Positions 8,666 to 18,811 of a stretch of 56,120 nt of DNA are shown here, piece after piece. Below the pieces are notes generated by a model. That model was not told where the DNA came from. It made no database searches and saw only the letters and a list, made by a program, of their open reading frames with translations. The DNA comes from Welwitschia mirabilis (lineage: Eukaryota). Position 1 is the first letter of the stretch; every line of letters begins with the position of its first letter. The position numbers and the translations under genes are program-made. The stretch covers positions 4,638,787-4,694,906 of the forward strand of contig JBOZIK010000001.1 in assembly GCA_051453625.1 (NCBI GenBank), given 5' to 3'.

Positions 8666-10633
8666 TGTAAATATAGATCATTAAACTCAGAGGGGAGGGG
8701 TAAATGAGTTTTAAATAAAATTTTCAGAGAGATAAAAATTAATAGCAACAAAAATTAAAACATGAAAAACCAAATAGAAGTCTTATCAGATTTAACATGG
8801 TTCCTTAACTTGGGTGCTTCACACTTGAATGGTTAAAACTAGTATATTATTTGCATGCCAGAATTAACATCTTAAGTAAGTATAATCGATCAATTTAACA
8901 TAAGAAAAGATACTTAATTTATTAATTTATCATAAAATGATATCTTCTATTGTTTTTAAAATAAAATTTAATATTATGTTTTTCTCCATAATAATTGCAG
9001 GTCTTTAGCCACATTTTACAACACATGGTGGAATATGAACATAATTCCACATAAAACAATAGTGGTAATGAAGATATGAGGTGGTGACACGTTGCTATAG
9101 CTTTAAAAGACATGTGGTAAAGGTATTAGAAGACATATGGCAATAGCATCAGTTGGTATAGGAATCCGACTCCAAAGGACATGTGTCAAACTCATCATGA
9201 CAAAGATTGCATAAAACGCTACGTAACAATCTCTATCAAGTACTATAAGACAACCTCCATAAAATGATAAATGACAAAGATTCTACCTAATACTGACACT
9301 ACATGCTATAAGATAGAATTTTACCTACCTAATGCTAAATGACGAAGAGTATACCTAATGCTACTGCAACCTTCTTATACCTCTACCACATTTCTTCCAA
9401 TGCTATAGCTACATGTAGCCACATCATTTCTTTATTGCTACTATTATTTTATGTAGAATTATGTTTATTTTTCACCGTGTATTATAAAACATAGCTAAAG
9501 ACCTATAATTATTATGGAGAAAAACATAATATTAAATTTTATTTTAAAAATAATAAAAGACATCATTTTATGATAAATTAATAAGTTAAGTGTTTTTCCT
9601 TATGCTAAATTGATCAGTTACACTTGCTTAAAATGTTAATTTTGGCATGCAAACATACGCCTTTGAATCTTTGCTTCTTAACTCAAGAATAGTGGTTTAT
9701 GATTCATCACCAACTTTACAAGGCTAAGAATAATAAGTTATCCCTTACAAGGTAGCTAACTCAACCTCTTAGGATTTGAGCTTATAACAAAGGTTTTTTT
9801 CCTTAAGAACACACATAAATGCCTTGCTTGATATGCTACAACCTTGAATCCAAAATAAACTCAACAGCATGCAGGCCTCCGAAGGGCTAAGGGATAAGAA
9901 TAATAATAAGTAAAATTTATAGAGAGTCTAAGAAATTAGATTTTTACTTTAAAGTGAAATAACTTTAAAGAGGCAATAAGTAAGCTAGAGAACAACAATA
10001 AATGAATATAAATAAACAACTTACTTAATTACTAGGAAGAACAGTATAGAGAATGAGATTTTAGTTATAACAACTATTTCATTCTCTTCTTCAAAGTGCA
10101 GTGATAAAAAAATATTCTTTTTTATGATATGACTCTTTAGTAGTCTAGAGAATCTAATCATAGTGATGAAACCTTATTGTTCTTCTTCTTAATTTGTCAT
10201 GTTTATTTTCTTAATTCTTGCTAAATATTTATGTTAATAATCTTTTTCCCCTAAAAATGTTTATTTTAATAATTTGTTCAAAAATTCTCTTTTTATTTCT
10301 TAGGCTTCTGTTTTCTTTTGATACAGGAACCATTTACTAGGTTTTCATCTGAAGGAAGATATGCAAATAGTCAGATCTACCCCCTTCAATGGATATTTTC
10401 ATAATTAGTGTTTATAGATATCTTCAGAAAGTGTATACATCTTCAGATGTAGTAAACATCTTCATCATGTATAAACTTCTTCAGTTTATAATTGCTATGT
10501 CCTCGATCGTAGTTTAATCAAGAAGTATTTAGTCCTCTTAAACATCTTCATGTTGTGTATATGTAATCAATGTATGTAGACATCTTCAACCCTTGGTAGT
10601 TATTTATGAGCTTATCATTTTAGTTAAGACATT
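8666..10633 (-). mobile_element. Sirevirus-like LTR, copy 3, 5'-truncated at ~10633
   Basis: Colinear with copy 2 from TGTAAATATAGATC (8666) until homology stops after TAGTTAAGACATT. Confidence 0.7.
8848..9655. mobile_element. Foldback insert B (808 bp, gap-free)
   Basis: TATAT|TATTTGCATGCC...GGCATGCAAACA|TACGC. Left arm 8848-~9131 pairs with right arm 9361-9655. Flanks are transition variants of TACAC. Confidence 0.88.
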
Positions 10634-11399
10634 ATGGATTCCATTCCTTCCAAATGACTTTTCAACTAGCTCATAATTTAAATTTCTTGTAAAAAAACAT
10701 AGTTAAAATAAAAAACATAAAAATACAAAAACAAAAAAATAATATGTGTACATATGTGTATTTAAAAAAATACCAACAAAAATAAAACAAACTAAGAATA
10801 AACTATTAGGTTACTTACCTATCTAAAATACAAAGGACAAGATTCCTAATGATCAAAGTACATCACATAAATGGATTCATGCAACTAAGTAAAGTTTCAA
10901 TAGCTAACCAAAAGCCTTAGCTTATTACATCTCTCATGAATGCTTTCAAAGTGTAATATTTCAAAAATTTTCAAAAACCTTTTCCAAAAAAAAGGAGATT
11001 AAAATCTCTTTTAAATAGTTCATGCTTTTACTTTTTACCTATTTTGATCAAAGTATCCTATGATGTTTTTAGTGTCTTCTTTTTGTTTAATCCTCATTAT
11101 TACTCTTATGTCAATCCCTTGACTTGTAGAACATTATTATGATAAGGAGTTTGTCAAATCAGCTCTTACATTTCACTCTTGATGATGAGCTTGTTGAAAG
11201 GTATATCAAGCTCAACCTTCTTATTATATTAATTCCCTAGGAAAACCTTGTATCTTCTCAAATCAAGAGCAAATAAGTGAAAACACTAAGGCATATGAAA
11301 CAATGAAGTCATAACATGTAAAATCATCTCTAGTAAAATAACAAGATATCACAACACATGACTTCCTCATAAACCCATTAGTCAAGAAAAATCTCTTAA

Positions 11400-13178
11400 G
11401 ATTAATGAATAACTACTATAATAGACTAAATCTAAGCTAAAAAATGTGTTATCTTCTAATCAAGACATCTTTACTTATCATTATAAAGATATGCTAAGAA
11501 TTGACAAATTAATAGTTATGCATAACATTGTTCTAAATCTAAACTCGATCCCTGTGAGATAAAAGATTAGAAAGCTAAACCCTCATCTTGTATTAATGGT
11601 AATACAAGATCTAGGAAGTCTTTTTATTTTTCATTTTATTTGAATAGTAGACTATTCAGATTTGCTATCAAATATGGTGGTCATTTCAAAGAAGAAAAAC
11701 TAGATTAGTATTTGTATTGATTATCATGATTTAAATAAGATTACCTTAAAGGACACCTATCCTTTGCTAAACCTCAACATCCTTGTAGATAACACTGCCG
11801 GTTATGTTACAATAAGATATTTATTAATCTTGTAGATTAACAAAAAATAACTTTTATAATACCATGTTATCTCTTATGTTACATCATGATGCCTTTAGAT
11901 TTAAGAACGCTAGTACAACTTACCAGTATGCAATGACACATATCTTTAATAACATGATCCATCGTAATATGAAAGACTACGTTGATGATGTTGTAGTTAA
12001 GTCAAAGATAGTTGTCAATCATTATAATGACTTAAATTAACTATTCACATAAGTAAGATGATATAATTTTCACCTAAACCCAAAGAAATGTATGTTTTAT
12101 GTGTAATCAGGAAAACTCTTAGGATTCATGGTATTGAAATAAGGCATAGAAATTGATCTTGATAAGATCAAGACAATCATCGATATGCCATCACCATGCA
12201 ACTTGAAATAGTTATGTAGTCTCCAAAGTAGACTACAAGTAATATGTTAATTTATTTTACCTTTAGCAGATCGATGTGAACCATTTATGCATTTACTCAA
12301 GAAAGACAATCAATTTAAGTGGAAAAAATTATCAAAAGGCTTTTGATAGAATTAAGGAATATTTGACATACACCCCTATTCTAAGTCCACCTAAGCATGA
12401 TCAACCATTATACCTTTACTTGACATATACATCATCATCAATTAGTGCAATGATCTTTCAACATGATGAATTACATCAAGATCGCTTGATTTATTACATC
12501 AGTAGGATACTACATCAATATGAGAGAAATTACACTAAAGCAGAAAAGGCATGTTTGAGTTTAGTTTTTGCTTTGTAAAAGTTTTTTTATTATATGATGA
12601 CAAATAAAAAAAACTATGATTAATAATTAGAATTTGCTCAAACATTTCCTTGAATACATTACTAGTAGCACACATTTAACAAAGTGGGCGTCGATTCTTG
12701 CAGAATTTAACTTAGACTTCCAATCTCAAAAATCAGTCAAGGGAAAATGCATAGCTGAACAAATGGCAGATATACCAATAGAAGCTGAAGGTAAAACCTC
12801 TAGAAAATTTGAATAATTTTCTAATAAATAAATTCATATTTTCAAAATGAAAAATAATTGGGATGCATTAATGTTTTTTATGGTATATCCAACCGAAATG
12901 GTGGATTTGTAAGAGTAGTCTTCTTCCTTAATAACAAAATTATCTTGCCATTATCTTTTAAACTAAATTTTCATTGCATAAACAAATTTATAAATATGAG
13001 TCTTTAATAAAATAAATCATTCCAACCATTCAAGCAACTTTCAAGAAATTATGCATTTTGGATGACTAACAATTATTTGTCAACCAAGTCTTAAGTAAGT
13101 ACGAAACTAAATCAGTAATATTAAGTACATACCTTAGAAAAGTAAGAAATTTCTTGAATTATTTAAGTCATTTGAAAT
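11400..13178 (+). pseudogene. Ty3/gypsy Tat (Ogre/Retand-like) pol relic 1: RT, RNase H and additional RNase H
   Basis: ICIDYHDLNK, YVDD (11978-11989), PILSPP..YYISR..YTKAEKACLSL, KW..L.EF, then an aRH-like SFKLNFHC region. Many stops and frameshifts; ends at an N-gap. Confidence 0.88.
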
Positions 13179-13692
13179 NNNNNNNNNNNNNNNNNNNNNN
13201 NNNNNNNNNNNNNNNNNNNNNNNNNNNNNNNNNNNNNNNNNNNNNNNNNNNNNNNNNNNNNNNNNNNNNNNNNNNNNNAAACCTTGTATCTTCTCAAATC
13301 AAGAGCAAATAAGTGAAAACACTAAGGCCTATGAAATGATGAAGTTAAATGAGATAAAGTAATCTTTATTAAAGTAACAGGATGTCATAACACATGACTT
13401 CCTAGTGAACCCTCCTAGTCAAGAAAAATCTCTTAAGATTAATAAATAACTATAATAATTTTTTAAATTTAAGCTTGAAAATATTCTATCTTCCAATACG
13501 AACATCTTTACTTGGAATTATAAAGTTATGCTATGTATTGGTAAATTAATAATCATGCATAATATCATCCAAAATCAAAACTTGATTCCTATGAGATAGA
13601 AGGTTAGAAATCTTAAACCTTATCTTACATTAGTAGTGAAACAAGACGTAGAGTACCTTTTAACTATTAGTTTCATATGACTAGTAAACTAT

Positions 13693-13974
13693 TAATGTGG
13701 ACGACATAGCTACACACTTCATAGATTAATTAGAGTCCAATTAAGGGGGATGGAATGATGTGACCCCATAGCTTTATTTTTATATTTTGCAATTTAGCAT
13801 ATACTATTATTTCCTTGTTTTTTCTTTAATCATATATTGTTTAGAAATTTTTGTTAAAAGGAATTAAGTCCTATAAATAAGTGGATTATGTACTATTTTA
13901 TAGAGGAAAATAAAAAGTGATACAGAGTTCTCTCTCCATTTAAGATTTTTTTGAATGCTATTCACACTGCATTA
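13693..13974 (+). repeat. 5' LTR of CRM-like element
   Basis: TAATGTGG...CTGCATTA, homologous to 18530-18811. Confidence 0.93.
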
Positions 13975-13976
13975 GG

Positions 13977-13988
13977 TGGTATCAAAGT
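13977..13988 (+). promoter_or_regulatory. Primer-binding site (tRNA-iMet)
   Basis: TGGTATCAAAGT vs canonical TGGTATCAGAGC, 2 nt after the LTR. Confidence 0.85.
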
Positions 13989-13991
13989 CTA

Positions 13992-16900
13992 ATGGTGACT
14001 AGTAGTAACTATGGTAATCTCCGTGATGATTCTTGGAAGGCTAGAGTCCCAATCCTTGGGGACAAATCATTACAATAATTAGAGCAATATTTATTGAAAT
14101 GCTTGGATCAAGAAATCGATTGCAGATTCCATCGCTTTAAGGAGTGATTTTATTAAATTTTGAATTGGTTAGATGCTCTTGATGTTGATGTGAACCAGAA
14201 CCAAATTAATGGCAGAAGGCCAGAAGTTGATGATCCTCATGGTAACCCTGTCTATACACTTATTTCTATCTACAAGTAGAATTTTGTCGATGATAATAGT
14301 TCCTAAGAAGAAGAAGCTGAGCTTGAGAAAGAACAATATTTTCAATATGGTGGAAGATAATGAGGTGGTTAATATAGGAGAAATGAAGATCAAGAAGTAA
14401 CAATTTTAAGTTAAAAGCTAATATTCTTTATTTTAATGGGAGCTTGGGAATAGAGGAGTTCCTAGATTAGCTTGCTGACATCAACAAGTGCTTTAACTAT
14501 ATGGAGATCCCTATTAAAAGGTGAGTTAGATTAATTGCTTGCCAATTAAAGGAAGATGCTTTAGTGTGGTGGAATATATTATAAAGAAGGAAAAATTGTG
14601 AAGGAAGAAACCAAGTTTATAGCTAGTCTCGAATGAGGAGATTGTTGATTTAGGAATTATTTTCACTTGACTATGAGCAGATCCTATTCCACTAGTACTA
14701 GCATTGTCAACAAGGCAACCATTCAATCTATGAGTATACTACAAATTTAATGAGATTGACTAAGCGAAACAATCTGGTGAAGACCAAGGAGCAGCAAGTA
14801 GTTAGATATCTTGATGGATTAAAACCCTACATTAGAGATAAAATTAGTGTGCAGGTTTTAAGGATGTTATCTAAGGCTAAGAATATTACAGTAAAGGCAG
14901 AGATGATGCAGCAAGAGAGGAGTAGAAGGGGTTTTAAAAATTTAAGATCTATCAGTGCAATTGAAAGGCCTAAAACATCACAAGAAGTAGTAGGACATTG
15001 TGATCATTATGATAACAGTAGTAAGAACTAGGAAAAGAAGGTTGTAGGAAAGAAACTATGATAGATGCAAAGGATAAAAAGGAATAGACCCAGAAAGCCA
15101 CAAATCCTTATGCCAAATCAATAACTAGCAAGTGTTTTAGAGGTAATTAGTTGGGCCACCTATCAAATGAGTGCCCTCAGAGAAAAACAGTAAACACAAT
15201 GACTAGAAAACATGAGGAGGATGAGTATTATTATGAGCCAGATGGAGAGAAAGATGAGTTTGAAGATAAGGAAATAGAAGAAGCTACTTACATACTATGA
15301 AGGATGATGCTATCTCTAAAATAGGATGACCAATCACAATGCCATCAATTGTTTTGGACTAGGTTCATCATCTTCAATAAGATATTTATTGTAGTTGTGG
15401 ATAGTGATAATATGGAGACATTATTGGAAGAGAGGTGGTGAAGAAATTGGGGGTTGCAGTAAAGAAACATCTAAATCCTTACACTTTAGGTTAAATCAAA
15501 TCTAGATCAGACCAAATTAAAGTAACTAAATGCTATAAAGATTCTTTTTCAATTAGTAAATCTAAAGATGAGGTATATTATGATATTGTGGATATGGATG
15601 TATGTCATTTTCTATTTGGGAGGTTGTGGAAGTTTGATATGGATGTCCAACATTCAAGAAGAATCAATTAGTATAGTCTAAAGAAGGATGGAGTGAAATA
15701 CACCTTGTTGTTATTAAAGAGAAAGGTAAAGCAATCTATAGAAAAAAATTTATTCACTCTTACCAAGGGTTTTAAAGCTAAACTCAAGGAGATTAGGCAG
15801 GTTCATATGTTAATAGTAAAGCAGGTGTGTTATATAGATGTTGAGTCATAAGTTAAGGAGTAGCCTAAGGCTATTAGACCTTTGCTAATGAAGTTATGTG
15901 ATTCGATGCTAGAGGATGTTTTAAATGGTCTACCACCCATGAGAAATATTCAACACCATATTGACTTATTTTCTAAAGTCAGTTTACCTAATTTACCATA
16001 TTATAGGATGAATCCATAGAATAGTGAGATCCTTAAGGAGAATGTGGAGGAGCTATTATAGAAAGGGGAACATCCAGGAAAGTATGAGTTCCTATGCTTC
16101 AGCTACCTTGTTAACTCTAAAGAAGGATGGTAGCTAAAGGATGTGTGTAGACAGCAGGGCCATTAATAAGATCATGGTGGGGTACAAGTTTTCAATTCCT
16201 AGATTGGATGATATGTTAGACAGATTGCATGAAGCCAAGTGGTTTTTGAGGCGGGATTTTAAAAATGGTTATCACTAGATTCAAATCAGGCCTAGAGATG
16301 AGTGGAAGATAACCTTCAAGATGAAGGACAGGTTTTATGATTGGTTGATGATGCCCTTTGGATTATTAAATGATCCTAGTACCTTCATGCAACTTATGAA
16401 TCAAGTATTAAAACCTTTTATTAAAAAGTTTATTATAGTTTATTTTGATGACGTATTGATTTATAGCCAAATTAAGGATGATTAGTTATTGCATTTGAGG
16501 GAGATACTAATAGTTTTGCAGGAGAATAAACTATATGTAAACCTTAAGAATTATAGTTTTCTTATGAAAGAATTCCTATTCTTAGGATTTATTGTGGATG
16601 CTAATGACATTAGAATGGATAAAGCTAAGATGAAAGTGATTAGTGAGTGGCCTACCCCCAAAACTATCTTAGAAGTTTGAAGTTCACATGGGTTAGCTAC
16701 TTTCTATTAACATTTCATTAATAACTTTAGCACCATTACAATGCTAATCATGAAGTGATTAAAGAATGATAGATTCCATTAGGGAGAAGAAGTTAAAAGG
16801 AGTTTTAATTTACTAAAAAAGAAGCTATGCACTACTGTATTCTAGCATTACCTAATTTTGATAAGCTATTTAAAGTTGAATATGATGCTAGTGGATTGGG

Positions 16901-18581
16901 GATAGGATTTGTTCTGTCCTAGGAGTGAAAGCCAGTTTGCTACTTTAGTGAGAAGCTTAATGATGCCAAGTAGAAGTGAAGTACCTATAATAAAGAGTTT
17001 TATTTAATTATGCAAGCTTTGAAGACATGGAAGTACTATCCAATTGATAAGGAATTCATGTTGTATTTAGATCATAAGGTGTTGAAGTACTTGAATAGCC
17101 AAAAGCAGATCAGTAAGGCTATGCATGCCAAATGGTGTCAATTTTTATAAAAATTTCATTTTAAGCTACATCATAAGTTGGAAGTGGATAATGCAGTGAC
17201 AGATGCACTAAGTCGAAGAGTAGGCTTATTGATTACCTTGAAATAAGAGATAGTTACCTTTGAATAGTTACAAGACTATCATGTAGAAGATAAAGACTTT
17301 GGACAAATTTGGGAGATTTGTTCGAATGGGTTTGCCTGTGTAGGACTTTCGTGTGTAAGATGAATACTTAATGTAAAGCAATTTGTTTTGTATTTTTGGG
17401 ACCTTACTATGAGAGAAGGTAATCCAGGACTTGCATGTTGATGGGTTGGCTACACATATAGGGTGCGATAAGACAGTTGTTGTAGTTCCTAAGAGATTTT
17501 ACTGGCTACAGTTGCTATGGAATGTAATTAAATTTGTGTAGAAGTATTATATTTATCAAACTACTAAAGGACAATCTCAAAACAATAGACTGTATATGCC
17601 TCTACCAATTTCTAAAAATATATGGGAGGACTTGTTGATGGATTTCATAATTGGCCTACCTCAGACATAGGGGGAGCAGATTCTGAGTTTTTTTTTGTTA
17701 ATAGGTTTTTAAAGATGATGCATTTTATTCCCTATAGAAAGACATTAGATGCTATTAACATGGTCAAACTATTTTTCAAGAAAATAGTTCGTCTACATGG
17801 TGTTCCCAAAACAATTACTTTAGACTAGGACAATAAATTCCTAGATCACTTTTAATGAATCTTATGGAAGCTATTTAACTCAGCCTTGAATTTCAATAGC
17901 ACAATTCATCCACAATCTGATGGTTAAATAGAAGTAATTAATTACACCTTGAGTAACCTAATTCATAGCATATGTGAAGAGAAGCCAAAGTAGTGGAATG
18001 TGGCTTTGTCTCAGGAAGAATTCACTTATAACAATGTCATCCATAGTGCTACTGGGAGATCCCCATTTTCTGTGGTTTACATCAAGGCATCATAGCATAT
18101 CTTAGATTTAGTCAAGTTACCAAAGGAAGCAAAGAATAGTGTAACAATGATACATATGGTCAACCAGGTGGTGGAGGCACATAAGAAAGTTAATAAAAAA
18201 CTGGAGGAGATCAATAAAAGGTATAAGAAGGCTATTGATAAGCAAAGGAGGAAGTAAAATTTTGTAGTGGGTGATTCTATCATGGTGTTTCTTTAGCAAG
18301 ACTGATTTTCAGTTGGTACATATAGCAAGTTGCAATCAAAGAAATATGGACCATTTAAAATTAGCAGGAAGATCAATGATAACGTCTATGTTATTAACCT
18401 TCCAAAAAGCATGATGATTTCTAAGACCTTCAACATAGCTAAGTTGTCTCCATTTCATGCATCTAATGAGTCAATGTACCTTGATCCTAAATCCAACTTA
18501 AGGACAAGTTTTATACAAGTGGAGGAGAATGATGTGGACAACATAGCTGCATACTTCATGGATTACGTTGAGCCCATTTAA
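13992..18581 (+). pseudogene. CRM gag-pol pseudogene
   Basis: gag RYLDGLKPYIRDKI; Zn knuckle C..GHLSNECP (~15133); protease VVDS (~15395); [11 protein letters not shown] and YFDD (16441); RH YDASG; INT HGVPKTI, HPQSDG, KYGPFKI. Many stops. Confidence 0.9.
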
Positions 18582-18811
18582 GAGGAGCAGAATGATGTGA
18601 TCCCATAGTTTTATTTTTATATTTTATCATTTAGCATATATTGTTATTTCCCTACTTTTTCTTTAGTCCCACATTATTTATGGATTTTTGTTAAAAGGAC
18701 TTATGTTCTATGAATAAGTGGCTTATGTATTATTTTATCGAGGAAAATAAAAAGTGATATAGAGTTTTCTCTCCCTTTAAGATTTCTTCGAATGATATTC
18801 ATGCTACATTA
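18530..18811 (+). repeat. 3' LTR of CRM-like element, preceded by PPT AGTGGAGGAGAA
   Basis: TGATGTGG...CTACATTA, followed by TSD ACTAT. Confidence 0.93.

Larger units (their letters stand above)
2481..10633 (-). repeat. Tandem array of ~3.1-kb monomers (about 2.5 copies), each a Sirevirus-type 3' linker plus LTR with an embedded foldback
   Basis: Colinear homology of 2873-5117, 6622-8847 and 9656-10633 (e.g. GCAGGCCTCC near 3089, 6822 and 9871). Period 8666-4936=3730, or ~3086 after removing 588 N and a 56-bp contig overlap. Truncated at both ends. Confidence 0.92.
13693..18811 (+). mobile_element. Full-length but degenerate CRM-clade chromovirus (Ty3/gypsy), 5119 bp
   Basis: Two 282-bp LTRs, perfect TSD ACTAT (13688-13692 and 18812-18816), PBS and PPT, gag-PR-RT-RH-INT order. 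The integrase tail RTSFIQVEENDV reads into the 3' LTR (CR-motif architecture). Confidence 0.92.
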
